Assembly: GCF_000002075.1 (NCBI RefSeq)
Contig: NW_004797560.1
Location: 490,535 to 552,767 of the forward strand
Length of the DNA: 62,233 nt
From: Aplysia californica
Taxonomy: Eukaryota
Reading direction: 5' to 3'
The notes beneath the pieces are model-generated. The model ran no database searches and was not told the origin of the DNA. It saw nothing but the letters and a program-made list of their open reading frames with translations. Shown here in pieces: positions 1 through 14,100 of the stretch. Made by a program: the position numbers and the translations under genes. The stretch's first letter is position 1, and the number at the start of each line of letters is the position of its first letter.

Positions 1-67
1 CACCGGTTTACCCTGTTCCAAAATATCATGTATCCCTCCCTCCCTCCATCCCTGTATGTGTATGTAG

Positions 68-175
68 GTGACCCCCGAGGAGATGGATGTGATCACTAGC
101 CGCGTCAACAAACCCACACGCATGAGCCTCATCCGGGACCGTAGCCTCAACGCCAGCATGCCGGAAGTGCAGTGA
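68..175 (+). CDS. Terminal coding exon of an unidentified upstream gene (VTPEEMDVITSRVNKPTRMSLIRDRSLNASMPEVQ*)
   Basis: Pyrimidine-rich tract and tgtag acceptor at 63-67; GC3-rich codons open to TGA 173-175; AT-rich UTR-like sequence follows. Frame assumed to be phase 0. Confidence 0.6.
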   Translation: MTPEEMDVITSRVNKPTRMSLIRDRSLNASMPEVQ

Positions 176-602
176 GGGGGGGCAGACGATACCGACAGAA
201 GCGCGGGAAAAATTGGAAAATCATTTATATTATTGTAAAAACATGTCATTTTTTTGAGAGTGTGTAACTCTTCGCAATGTTTATCATTTTAAGAGTTATA
301 AATTAATATTAAGGTTGTTGTTTGTTGTTGTTTTTTTTTGGGGGGGGGTTGTTTCCTCTTATTTTTGTATTGATTTGTATTTTGGGTGATTTTTGGGAGT
401 TTGTTTTTCTTTTAATGTGGTGGGAGGGGGTGGGGTGGGGTGGAAGGGTTTCTTAGTGTGCATTTTGGAGATATTTTCGTGTTCTTCTTAGTCATGATGT
501 GTTGAGCCGATCAGTATTATTACTGTATTTATTGCATTGTTTCTCATGTACATATATCGAAACATCAATAAAACTCATCTCAATTGTAGAAGTTCTAAGT
601 TG

Positions 603-633
<31 letters not shown>

Positions 634-3134
634 GTAAGAGTTTTATGGCACTTGCAACACAACAGGATAAGGTTCTATGGGTGCCGAAGATAGGAGGTGT
701 TTCAAGAGAGCAACAAGCACAAAATGGAGGGGGGATAGCGAGGATACGTTTAGTTTTCGTAAGTGTTTTACGGCATTTGCAACACAATAAGGTCATATAA
801 ATGCTTAAGATTAGAGGTTTTACAAGAGAGAAACAAACACAAAAAAGAAGGAGGGGAGATAAGATGTTTGATAGGAAAGAAGAATCAAACCACACCAGAG
901 CTCCCGTCAACCACCCATAAAGTTGTAAGTGACCTTGTTGGTAAATAGAGTACATGTACATCGTTTAGGACCCAAGTATGTGAGTGACTTCATCAGTGAA
1001 ATGGTCTAAATTCTGGGGTTTTTTGTTTTTTAGTAAAGAGAAGCACATCGACACACTGTAATAATATAGTGTAAAGCGCATAGAGCCTGCTGTTGAGCGG
1101 GGATATGCGCTATACAAATGCTATTTATTAATATTATTATTACTATTATTATTATAACTATAACTGCAGGGGAAAAGTAAGACAGACAGTGTTAGCTTTA
1201 GTAATTTTACGGCACGTGTAACACAATACGGTCATATAAGTGCCAAAAAATAGACGTTTTACAAGATAGTAACACGCACAAAAAGGTGAAGAGATAAGGA
1301 CGATAGATGTTTGATAGGAAAGAAGGAGCCAACCACTCACTTAGACAAAAAGACAGAAACAACAGATGGACAATATAGAATTAGGACATACCAGGGACGT
1401 CCTCCAAACACCTGCAGTAGTAGTGAGAGTTTTATAGCATAGATAAGGTCATATAAGTGACAAAGATCAGAGGTGTTAGTAGAAAGTAACATACAAAAGG
1501 AGAGGAGATGAGCTCGATAGATGTCTGATACGAATTTGAAAGAAGGAGCGAATCACACAAACTCATCAACCAACTATCTAGGACAAACGCTGAAGGAGAA
1601 AAGAGAACACAACTGATGTAAAAGAATATTACTTGCTTTATTGTAGATTGGAAACGGAAAACTTTTCTCCTCTAGTGTACACACAAATAGTCACACAAAG
1701 GTCGTTGATTCAAATCTGACACCAGAGACAGTGCCGAGAAAACCGTTTATTCAGACTGTAGTGTTATGCTCTAACCGCGGATCCGGGATCTGGAACCTTA
1801 AGGAAAAAAAAAAGAGAGTTCTGATCTAAAACGATGAAAAAAAATAAAAGCGTTAGCCCACAGTAGTACTATTATTTATAATGTATTCTGACTCCAGATT
1901 TTTTAAAGACCAACAGCAGAGCCACTTTGTCAATTATTTTTTTTTTAAATAAAAAAAAACAAACAACAACCTAAAAACAAAAAACAAGTTAAGTAGTGAC
2001 GGATAAAAAGGGGATCTGTCACATGATAATAAAATCAGAGCTCTTGGTACGACCACATGTGTCGCAGAGACGGCAAAACAAAGCATTTCAACAAAATGAC
2101 TGGGTGGCTTGAAATCAAGAGTTATGGCCTTTACAAATTACTCAAACTCACTGAAGTACCATCATGGCCAAGTCCAATTCAGTTAAACATTTTTTGGCAA
2201 GTTTCTTTTGTTAGGCTTTTTAGTTTTTGCATTTTTGTCGAAATTACCTCAAGGTCACAGATAGATAGACCTTTTAACTGACCTACTTTTATTTTTTACT
2301 TCCCGGCTACACAGTTAGAGCATGACACGGCCGTGACGCTTACTTGGAAGGAGGAGAAATGCAGGCTCCGGCTAGCATGAGGTGCACTATATATATATAC
2401 ACAATGGGAGAGGTGGGGGGAGGGGGTGGAGGCTAGCGCTGAGTTCACAGATTTGAGCTAGAATGGCTGACAACAACAACGTAATATCTGCGGAGGTGGA
2501 GGATCACCCCCTCACTCCTGACAACAGATAATGCACTCTTGCACTGGCTGATCACAAGGTTAAACAATATGTAACACATCTAGTTAGAGCGCGGCTACAG
2601 AAAATCTAGATTGGCACGTATAGTAAAATAACCAAGCCCGCAAATTTGACTGTTGAATTAAACTTTCTTCCCAAAACTGAATTTAAAAACGTATTAAATA
2701 TAATATATTTATTAATGTATATAATATATTTATTTAATTTACATTGTTAAAAAGTTGCTTTAATACCAACAGCATCAGCAGAATAAAAAACAAGTTACAC
2801 ATTGTCGAGCTCCCTTGAACTACCAAAAACTGCAGCAAAATAACGACATTTTGCAAAGCAGCTACAGAGACATATCTACAGCCTTCTGAGAAATCCTTTT
2901 GCATTACTGTACTGCACTGCACCCCCTTGGAAGGATTCAATTCAATCAAGTATTGTCAAAGAAGATGAACCAGAACCATACGTGTTACTGTTAGTACCGG
3001 CACTCAGATTAGAAGCAACTATTTTAACAAGTTGATGCAGATAATAAGCGCACTACTTTAAGGAAGGGGGAAAGGCTCTGCTTTGGCGAGATGTGGCATT
3101 TGTGATGATTACGAGTTGCATGCTTATATATGTA

Positions 3135-3710
3135 TTTCCTTGACTGTACTCTCTCTAATCTTTACTACACGTTCTTTGCTATGATTTCCTTTACTGTACT
3201 CTCTCTAATCTTTACTACACGTTCTTTGCTATGATTTCCTTTACTGTACTCTCTCCGATTATTACTACACATTCTTTGCAATGATTTCCAATACTGTACT
3301 CTCTCTGATTATTACTACACGCTCTTTGCTAAGATCTCCTTTACTGTACTCTCTCCGATTATTGCTACACGTTCTTTGCAATGATTTCCTTAACTGTACT
3401 CTCTCTAATCATTACTACATGTTATTTGCAATGATTTCCTTTACTGTACTCTCTCTAATCGTTACTACATGTTATTTGCAATGATTTCCTTTACTGTACT
3501 CTCTCTGATTATTACTACACGTTCTTTGCAATGATTTCCTTTACTGTACTCTCTCTGACCATTACATTACAACTTGCATGCCATTATTTCTTTTACTGTA
3601 CACTGCACTCTCTCTCATCTTAACTGCACGTTCTTTGCTACTATTTCCTTACTATACTCTCTCTGACCATTACACCCAAGTTCTTTCCAATCATTTCCTT
3701 GACTGTGTTT
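3135..3710. repeat. 50-bp minisatellite, about 11 copies
   Basis: Unit atgatttcctttactgtactctctctaatctttactacacgttctttgct. Confidence 0.95.
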
Positions 3711-4046
3711 TATACCATGTAAGCCAGCTGCGGTAACTAGCAAAGTCTCCAACTTCTTTTCTTCTCATGATGTTAAAGGTCATCATCAGTTCATGAAGGA
3801 CAAACTACTATTATCATTTTCATTATTATCATTACTATGATTATAATTATTATCACCAGTATTATTATTCTTACTATTATCATTCTTATTACAATGTATT
3901 ACCATTATCATTTTTATCTAAATCTGTTTATCTCCCTACACCTGTGTTCCCAGTCTACATTACACACTACCTTCACACTACAATAAATACATCTTATTTC
4001 TATTCATTAAAAACAAATTGAACATAGACAGACACATTAGAAGCAC

Positions 4047-4081
<35 letters not shown>

Positions 4082-5974
4082 ATAGTAGTAATAGTAGTAG
4101 TAGTAGTAGTAGTAGTAGCAAATTTGTACGCATAAGTAAATAAGGCTAAAACAACTAACTACAATATAAGCAGAATCAAAAAACAAAAATGCTCATTAAT
4201 TATCAAAAGTGGGTGAACAAATGCCTACAAGACAAAACATATCATCGTAGCATGAACATTGCAAAATAGAAACGAGTATCAGCATCACAAAGTGCTAGAG
4301 AGAAATTGCTTCTATAAGAACAACAACCAACAAAAATAAGCACAAGCAGATGACAAACAGAATAGATAATTATGTTGAGTTGCAAGAATGTCACAAAAGC
4401 ACAGTTTGTATACTCTTTCTTTTTGTCTTCATTATTTCTCAGAATCTTGTCTCTTTGTTTGTACCCATGTATCTAAAAGGAGAAGTGCTAACTGGCCACA
4501 AACAATTTCATTTTAAAAAAGAATGTAAAAAAAAACAACACATCCTGCACTTTTCTGACTCTGTATAAATGCCCACAGAGGGAAAAAATTCATGGATCAT
4601 ACTCACTCGTAAATCTATGTATCAAGACTATTTTTTTCATAAAATGCAATCAGAGGAAAATTTCCGAAATCTGGATATCCGGACATCCATAAAAGCCGGA
4701 TATCCGGGTTTCCAGATTTATGGTTGCCAGATTTATTTTAAAAATCGGCAACTGACCTATGGACTATGAGGTGTGACTCAGCCAACAAAGAAGCACACAG
4801 TGCAGAAGGGAGGGAAAAGACAACAGAAGCTTGAGGACTTAAGGCACCTACATCACAAAAGTAACAGGCTCACCACAGGAAAGAAGACATCACATGAAGT
4901 CAGAGTGAGAATGAGCAAGGAACAAAGTCACCCCTCAGCCAAAGAGATGCGGGTGCAACAACAAGGTAAAGTCATGACCACCGTCAACCAAAAATTACGC
5001 GACCTCAAGAACCAACCCAACCGCTAAAGAAAAGTATACATTATCGCCAAGGAAAAAGTACACATCTCAAGAACAGATCGCTAATGAAAAGTACACACCT
5101 TAAACACATACACGCTTATAATAATGAAAAGTACATACCTCAGAAATGAAGAGTAATGAGAAGCGGGTCAACAACAGACTGCTAAAAAAAAACCTACACA
5201 CCTCAAAAATAGACCGTTCGTGAAAAGTACAAATCTCAACAACTGATAGCTAATGAAAAGTACACACCTCAAGAACACAAAGAACTCAGACTGCAGGTAG
5301 AGATGCTACAACCACCCAATGACAGACTGTGAGACATGGAGAAAAAAAAAGACCTTATAAAATCATAAATCTCAACATAATTCTTAACAAATGCTCAAAA
5401 GTTCTGAGACATACTAACAATAATTGGTACCAATATATACATATATAAGAAAAAGCGTTGAGTGCAGAAATTGTCAAAACAAATAATTGTGAGAGAAAAA
5501 AGATTTCTCCCAACAAAAGGTATCTCTCCAAAAAGCCTTTTTCCTTTTGATACACGACAACAACATCAATTCAGCACACGACAACAGTATAAACTAGAGA
5601 TTCTATTACAAACTCTTAGTGAGTCACTTTTCAAAGCGGCGGAGCCTTACGCTAATTGATTAACTTTACGAGACAGCACACCACTTCAACTCAGACAAAA
5701 CAACCTGACAAATAATTGAGAAAGATTATATAACAATGCGAGGTACAATCCCACAACCCACTCGGTAATACCGTTTTGTAAATGTAAGCAAAACGATATG
5801 ACGCAGACTGTACATACTTTAGGAACATAAGTCTCAACATACATGACAATAAACATGGTACGCTGAGCGTTATATTGGAGGCTAAATATTGCGCAACTAG
5901 CAGGAGCTACAACTTAGCTGGAATGTGTTACCAACCACTAGTCTGTCGTTTACATGTAGACAATCTCAGGCCTG

Positions 5975-6300
5975 TACATACCTCATGCCACGTATGTCAA
6001 ACGTCACCAGTACACACCTCATGTTATGCGTGTCAAACATCACCAGTACACACCTCATGTTATGCGTGTCAAACATCACCAGTACACACCTCATGTTATG
6101 CGTGTCAAATGTCACCAGAACACACCTCATGTTATGTGTGTCAAACGTCACCAGTACACACCTCATGTTATGTGTGTCAAACATCACCAGTACACACCTC
6201 ATGCGATGCGTGTCAAACGTCACCAGTACACATCTCATGTTATGCTTGTCAAACGTTGCCAATACACATCTCATGTGACACATGTCATGGGTCACCAGTA
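5975..6300. repeat. 36-bp minisatellite, about 9 copies
   Basis: Unit tcaccagtacacacctcatgttatgcgtgtcaaaca. Confidence 0.95.
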
Positions 6301-9300
6301 GAAACTTTAACCACAATTTGCTCCAAGACTTTGCTCTCACACCTACCAGAGAACCCAGCCCTCACAACAATGAAACAACAGCCTTTGTTCAGCACGGCGC
6401 AGACTTTGTGTCAGGGACAGTAAAAAGCAAGCGTCTCGTCCAGAAAAAACATGGATTCACTAGTAAGTGAAATAAAACCAAGGGAGCGAAGCTAACAAGC
6501 AAGTGCTCAAGCAGCTTTACATACAAATTAAATAAATGATAGGCTCCAAACAGTTGATACAGAAAACTGTCAGTACTGTCAGCTTTGCTAAGCCTACGAC
6601 TATGACCTTTTGGCACCGGAAGTAATTAACGATGTAAAAAGCAGAAATCTATATCTAGTACAGACTCTCATTACTTAAGACTAAGATCCTCAGGGATTGT
6701 CCTTCTGCTTTACTTTACAAACACCAGACTTGCCAACTCTCTCATCACTCAAGGTCAGCAATCCCAGCCAGAACTTCTGCAAGTCTGACGGAGCTGAGAA
6801 GGTATCTTTGTGTCTTAAACAGTCACAATGCCTTCTTCAGGAAGTCTCACTGATCTGAGAATGTGCCCCTGTGTCTTAAAAAACCAATACTTTCTTCGAC
6901 AAGTCTGACAGAGCTGAGAATGTGTTTTTGTGTTTTAAACAACCGATACCTTCTTCGGCAAATCTGCTTGATCTGAGAAAGAGGACTGAGAGCCTCTGTA
7001 GTGGATATGTATCATCAGCTGGAAGACATACACAACACTTCGTTGGTCCCAAACATACAACAACCTACAACTACAACGCCCTCCTAGCCTCTGCCTTTCT
7101 GCACCCACCAGCTTCTGATTATAAGCTCCTGAAAAAAGTCATCACATTGATTTTGCTGGCAGCATTAGGAGTGAGGAGCAAACATTGCCATATATTTCAT
7201 TCACTAACAGAATCTTAAGACCAAACACTATCCCTATTTCATAGATAGAATCTTTATGACTTCAACCAGATCATTAACTTCAAAGATATAATCTTTACGA
7301 CTAAACTCTATCACAAGTTATTTTATAGACAGAATCTAAATGACTAAACACTGTCACGTTTCAAAGACAGAAATTTTATGGCCACACACTGTCACGAATT
7401 TCATAAATAAAATCTTTATGACCGCACTCTGTCGCAAATTTCAGGGACAGAATTTCTATAACAAACTACACACTGTCATGTGTCTCGTGGACAGAATTAG
7501 AAACCTTGTTTCCAGCTACTACTGTCACACATTTCACAGAGAGAATCCCCACAAAAAGAGAGCAGCCACAAGGTTTCCCCTCTCTATGCAACAATAGAGG
7601 CCACCGCAGCCACTACTCTAAACATCTCCAATAAAACAGTGACTCGAAAGAAAAAACATTATGGTCAAATATACATGATATAATATACTGGGAGTGATGA
7701 AATCGCAGTGGTAAAGTGAGAGAAGTAAATATCCCTTGAGAAATATGACAACACTTCAGGAACTGACAATGTGCAACATGGGGTGATTGGTTCGCGAGAG
7801 TTTTACAGCGCTCCCAACTACATAAAAGGTCATATGAGCGCATGGGTGACGAAATGAAAGAAAAGTGGTTGATGAATAATATAACAAGGGCAAGAAAGGA
7901 GGAAATGTAAGAAATGTATGATCACAATGTGCAGAACATCCAAAGAAAAGGTAGAAAGTTTGGGTATGCTACACTGTTGGCGCCGGTACATCAGTGAGAA
8001 CATTGTGACATGTTCAAAGACTGCTCTAGACAGAACAATCTCTACAGCAGAACACCACCGTACATAAAGAAACAACCAGGCAAACAAAAACAAAAACACA
8101 ACAGGTTTGGATACTTAAAACATGAAGAACAATCTCTGGAAAGGTGTGGGGGGTGTGTGTGTGGGGGGGGGGGGGGGGGAGTAACCATATTGACATCTGT
8201 TCCAAATCTTAGACTAGAAAAAGATGAAAAGATTTACTGCTAAAAATGCAAAAGTGTTTGACTTGTTATAAAAACATTAACCCTCTCCCAAACATGATAT
8301 GATGAAGGGGGGGGAAAAAAACTCAAAATCTCTTGTAAAAATTCACATACAAAAGAAAATAATTTATTGAAAGAAATCATTACAACCATACATGTAATCG
8401 CCTACCATAATCAATGGCAGGTTTTTATGCGTAAAAAGTGCCAATTCATAAATCAATATGTACGCATAAAAAAACGGTGACAGATCAATGCATTGACTGT
8501 AAACTGGTAACAAGGTACAGACTAATACAAAGAAAGAGACACAGATCTAATTAATGACATGGAATTTATTGCTGCTTGAACTATTGATGAATCTCTGAAG
8601 TACCGGATCAAATATGGCATAGTCTACTCGACTTCTACATTATAGAGAAACTGCATCACCATTACACATTATTTTCCATCTCGAAGAAAACCATGACAAA
8701 AATTGACAAACATATGAAACCATAGGAGCTGAGAACATCTACAGCAATATGACTTTTCTATGCTGACAATAACGGGTAGCAAGCTAAGAACTGGAGCACC
8801 AGGTTAAATATGACATCTACGCTAAAGACAGCCAGCAAAAAATTTACGCCTGAGAGTATTAAGAGAGAATCCATCTCACTCCCTTTCACGCACGTAGCGA
8901 GCACTATTTTATAAAAATATTTAATCCGGATAAACCTAAATATATACATACATCTAGACCGTTAAGACAAGCTCCATAAAAAGTGGTTGATAGTTTTCAC
9001 AGTGGTTCATCAGAGAACAACGGAACAAAGCTTTGATATGCTGCAGTAGTACGGAAGGGGGGGGGGGGGGAAGATCTTCTTGGCTGAAGATGAATTTGTG
9101 AAAGATAGGAGGGCACGTTCAAACAAATTACAATTCCCTGCCAAAGACAGACTTTTCTTTTTACTCAACAAGCTTCTGTAAGAAACATTTCTTTTTCGCT
9201 AGCATCTGATATACTATCCCCAAAATGTCCCAACTTTCAGCAAAAACCCAGACTTTGCAGGGGAAAATGAATGTCACAGTAAACTACAGAAAATGTCTTA

Positions 9301-9729
9301 AGATGTGAAAATCACGGCTGCTTTTGAAATAAACAAAGTTATACAGAAAGTGGCAACTACAGGAATTTAGTCTGGAATATATCGGAAGATAAAATTGGAA
9401 TTTTAAAACAAAATAAATTTTTAGAAAACATTTTCAAAGCAACGTTCAATCGCAAGGACCTACCACAACAGTGGCTGTTCACACACAAAACAAGAGAACA
9501 TTTCATGTGGACAGACATGTCTTTATTCCTGACTAACTTCAAGAACAAAAGAAAACAAAAAACAGTTGGAAATCAAAATGAGTAAAAACAAAAGTAAACA
9601 AATCCTTCTTTCCTCAAACATTCATGGTTAAGGCTGTGCATGTTTTGAAATATAAAAAAGATGCTACAGGAGAACTTGTATTAACCCATTCACGACTCAC
9701 TGAAAAAAAAAAGCTAAGATGATCAAAAG

Positions 9730-10160
9730 AATACGGTTCTGTCCCCTTTTTAAAATTCACAGAACAATAACAATTATACAATGACCATGAGTCTACGACT
9801 CTGTGCCCATTCCAAAATGGATAAAATAATGCTAAGAGAATCATGAGCCTATATCGTTTGTCATCCCCAGTCTAAAACCCATAAAACAATGTTAAAATGA
9901 TTGCGAGGCTTATAACTCTGAAGTCTTTCTAAAATCCATTAAAAAATGACCACAATGATTATGAGCCTATGACTCTGCCATCCTTTTTCTAAAATCGAAA
10001 AAACAATGTTAAAATGATGATGAGGCTTATGACACCGAGCCCTTTCTAAAACCCACACAAAACAGATACAATGATCATGAGACTGCGACTCTCTGTCCCC
10101 TTTATAAAATCCTAAAACTCCACAAAACAATGATAATATAGAGATTATGAGCCTACGACT
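9730..10160. repeat. Degenerate ~60-bp tandem repeat starting at the DDAH exon 5b stop codon
   Basis: Recurrent atgagcctatgactctg...ttctaaaa(t/c)cc...aaacaatg. Confidence 0.75.
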
Positions 10161-10338
10161 CGGAACGTTTCCACATGGTGAAGTACCCGAGGTCCTCGTC
10201 CTGGATGTTGCTGATGATTCTCTTGGGGTGCCTGGTGCGTGTGATGAGGATGGCCTGACTGCCGATGGATCCCCCGACCTTGGCCAGCTCCGTCAGCTGT
10301 ACGTGGTGTCGGGGCCACAGGATCTTCTCGTCCAGAGT
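10153..10338 (-). CDS. DDAH: DDAH alternative last coding exon 5b (TLDEKILWPRHHVQLTELAKVGGSIGSQAILITRTRHPKRIISNIQDEDLGYFTMWKRSES*)
   Basis: ctcccctcgttctacag acceptor, phase 0, GC3-rich; ELAKVGG matches the DDAH ELEKVDG motif. Confidence 0.85.
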   Translation of the reverse strand, partial: TLDEKILWPRHHVQLTELAKVGGSIGSQAILITRTRHPKRIISNIQDEDLGYFTMWKRSES

Positions 10339-11159
10339 CTGTAGAACGAGGGGAGATTATTTTTAGTAAGCGTTTTACGACACTTGCACAAACACAATTA
10401 GGTCTTAGAAGTGCTGAAGATTCGAGGGTGTTACTGTTACGAGAAAGTAACAAACACATAAAAGAAGACAGAAAGATAAGGATGATAGACTTTTGACAGG
10501 AAAAAAGGAGCAAACCACACCAGAGCACCCACCAACTGACCAAATATGAGAGGAGAGACAAGAGAGAAAGCATTTTTTTAAAAAAGAGTTTTTAGTTTAG
10601 TTTTAGTAAGCGTTTTACGGCACTTGCAACAACAAAATTATGTCATAGAAGTGCCGAAGACTAGAGGGAGTTACGAGTGAGTAGCAAATGCATAAAAGAA
10701 GGAAGAAATATAAAGACGATGGACTTTAACAAGAAAGAAGGAGCAAACCACACCAGAGCACCCGTCAACCCACCACATGAGAGGAGAGACACGAGAGAAA
10801 GTAGTATTTTTTTTAGAAAAAGTTTTTAGTTTAGTTTCAGTACAGGTTTTACGGCACTGGAAACACAATAAGGGTCATAGAAGTGCGGAAGATTAGAGGG
10901 TGTTACAAGAGAGTAACAAACACATAAAAGAAGGAGGAAAGATAAGGTCGACAGATGTTGTAGGAAAGAAGGAGCAAACCACATCGGAAGACCTGCCAAC
11001 CATCCACATACAAGGGGAGAAGCGAGAGAAAACATAAGATTAAAATTGGCTGGGTTTCGTTGCGTTGTAAAGGAGGTGACAAGAAAAAGAGATCCAAAAA
11101 CCTTTGGTTGAGTTTGTGGATTTTTAATGCCATGTACATCTGTGTCTCTAACTGAAAAA

Positions 11160-11195
<36 letters not shown>

Positions 11196-14100
11196 GCATT
11201 TGTATAGCGCATATCCCCGCTCAACTGCAGGCTCTATGCGCTTTACACTATATTATTACCCCAGCAGACCACAGAACACTCCGAAACATTCTCAGCTTCC
11301 CGGGAAGCATACAGTGCAAGCAGCTGATTAAGCGCTCAAACACTAACAAACTGACAAGATCTTTCGCTATCTATAGCCGGGTACCCATTCCCACCTGGGT
11401 GAAGTGAGGAAAATTCGTGTAAAGTGCCTTTCCCAAGGAAACAACGTAGGGCCCCTGGCGGGATTCGAACCCATGACCTAATGGTTGCGAGTCCCAGAGA
11501 CTAACCACAAGGCCACCGACGCCACTATCAAACAAAAGAGACAAAACAGACCAAGAACAGCATACTTAGAGTGAGTTTGAGAACTTGAACAGATGACAGG
11601 AAAAGACCAGGATATTCTACAATAGATTCCATAGGTCAAATAAGCGAGAAAATGGCTGTGAAAGTTTTGAGACTTTCAAAGCTTAAGAGTACTAGGAAAC
11701 TGCAAATTTACATTTTTGAGTCATCATCACATTTTTGGGTACCTTTGATGAATGTTTGCGGGTAAAATTCAGAGAGATCTGTTTTTTAAAGGACTCTTTA
11801 GTTTTAGTAGGGGTTTTACGGCACTTGCAACACAATAAGCTCATATAAGTGCCGAAGATTAGAGGTGTCACAAGAGAGTAACAAACATAAAAATGAAAGA
11901 GGGGGAGATAAAGACGATAGATGTTCGATAGGAAAGAAGAAGCAAACCACAGAAGAGCACCCGCCAACCACCCACTCTAAAGTTACTAAGCAACAAAAAA
12001 GTTATTTGATATAAATTGCCCAATAGGCTGAAAAATGTAGGTTTCTTTGACATTTCTTTTTACAAGTGTCTGATTTCACCACAAAGCCATACATTTGCTA
12101 CTAACTTCAAGTGAAGTACTCAGCATTCCTTCGCCTTGCAATGCGACTTTTGTCACCTCAAGACAAGCCTCAGTTGATCGCACAACATAAATTACTTCCC
12201 CTCAATGCATGACTTATTAAACCTCATGACAAACCTCAGTCGACCTCATAACATGACTTACTTCTCTATGGCATGACTGGTAAAGAGTTTTACGACGCTT
12301 GCAATTACGGCACAAGGTCATCTATCTGCCACAACATTACTTACTTCCCTTCCCCTCACAACATGACTTTTATTTCACCTCACCACACATGCTTCAGCCG
12401 ACCTTACAATGTGACCTACTTTTACCTCCCCTCACTGCCCAACTTATTTCCACTAATGACATGTCTCAGCCGGCCTCACGACGCCACATATACTTCCTGT
12501 CATTGTGTGACTTAGTTCCCCTTACGACACGCCTCAGTTGACCTCACAAGGTCACCTACTTCCCCTCACTGCACAACTTTCCTCCACTTATGACATGCCT
12601 CAGTCGATCTAACAAAGTGACCTACTTCGCCACAAGACGTGACTTACTCTAAGTTCGTCTCACGCTGTGACTTACTTCCCTTTATGACACGCCTCAGTCG
12701 ACCTCACAGTCACCTACTTCGCCTCCCGATACACGCGACTTACTTCTATCCGTAGATGATATTCTTGTAAAACTTGAGCTTCAGACACAGCAGCGGTAGT
12801 GAAGAAATCCCGCGGCCAGCAAATGTCAGCTGCTTCATGTCCACCTCTATCCTCTTGACATCTGGGTCAATGAACTGGTCCAACATCTGAGCTCACACCG
12901 CAGTATCAGGAGAGGAAGAACATCCGTGAATTTCTCAGGTGTATTTTTTTGTTTTGTTTTGATTTTTTTTTCAAAGTTATTTCCACGAGAAGCCATTCCA
13001 TGTGAGACCGAGAAGACATTCCGTGCGAGACTGAGACGAGCGCATATATCAGTCCAGTCCAATCCACACGACAACGCAGGCAGGTGAGAGGTTAACATGC
13101 AGCAGTTTCAAGGGCAAGCAGTTTTAAATTGATGACCATCTTTTGTTTTCTCATTATGAACTTTCTTCATGCAGCGTTCAAAATAGGTTTAATTTTTCTT
13201 AAGCCCTAAGTAATATTTTGGGAGGATGCTTTTTTTTCTTCTTAAACTATTGTGAGCAAACACGATATCAGAGATGTTACTTCAACGCACATATTATTAA
13301 ACCTAACAAACGTGCTGTGGAAATATTTACCGACATGCACAAGTTCATAAGTACAAAAGGCAAAGAAATTGTACAAAAGGACATTTTGAGCTACCTTTTT
13401 TTTCTTCTCTTTTTTCACATAGCCTCAGCTGTTCGGAACAAGAAAACCCCCAAAAACTTTTAACGTAGGTATTTTAACGTCCCCATTGGCACAATTTAGA
13501 TCCTTTGGGAGGCAGATATTGATCCTGCTTGTCTGAGCTAACCTGGGCTGAGAGGGATTCAGCATCCCAGCACAAACAGCCAGATACTCTGCGAAAAAAA
13601 ATTCTCTCCACTTAGAAATCCAACTTGCGTCTCCTATGTCAGTTAACTACAACACAGAAACTGGTCATAGCCTGGGGCGAATCCAATCCGAGCTCTGAGA
13701 ATTTACATTTCCTTCATCTGCTGTAGACGGGAAAGTTTACATGTGTACTTGTCTATTGAGAAAACTTCATACATACGAAAAGCAGTGGACTTGGTTCACG
13801 GAAGTGTGGAGTGCTTGCATATAAACCTCCAGTCTCAAATGCATTTTCATAAATTTGTGTAGAAAAGCATGCGGTCAATTTCAACTGAGAGATTATTTAT
13901 TTCAAGTGAGGTATGGTGAATTCAAGCAGATAATGAGAGAAATTAGATCCTTGTGTCACCTCCACGTATTCTTGTAACTCCAAAGAACATCTAGGCCTCT
14001 AATAAAAATCAGCAATCCGCAAAGAAACCGCAATCAAAACATCAACCAAGCAGTTGTGTTGGCACATAACAGCCTAGTCCAGATTCAAAACTCTTCCTGG

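Noticed and set aside
5875-6423. 182-aa ORF with repeated CxxC (TSPVHTSCYACQ), superficially like a zinc-finger or metallothionein protein
   Set aside because: It is a 36-bp minisatellite open in several frames on both strands, starts at a non-ATG codon and has no splice context
10145-10573. ORF-track proteins 10145..10573 (-) and 10147..10344 (+)
   Set aside because: Wrong frame or strand; the meaningful frame is DDAH exon 5b
11455-11527. tRNA-like sequences here and at about 42360-42440
   Set aside because: They are SINE heads followed by SINE bodies; no complete cloverleaf was seen
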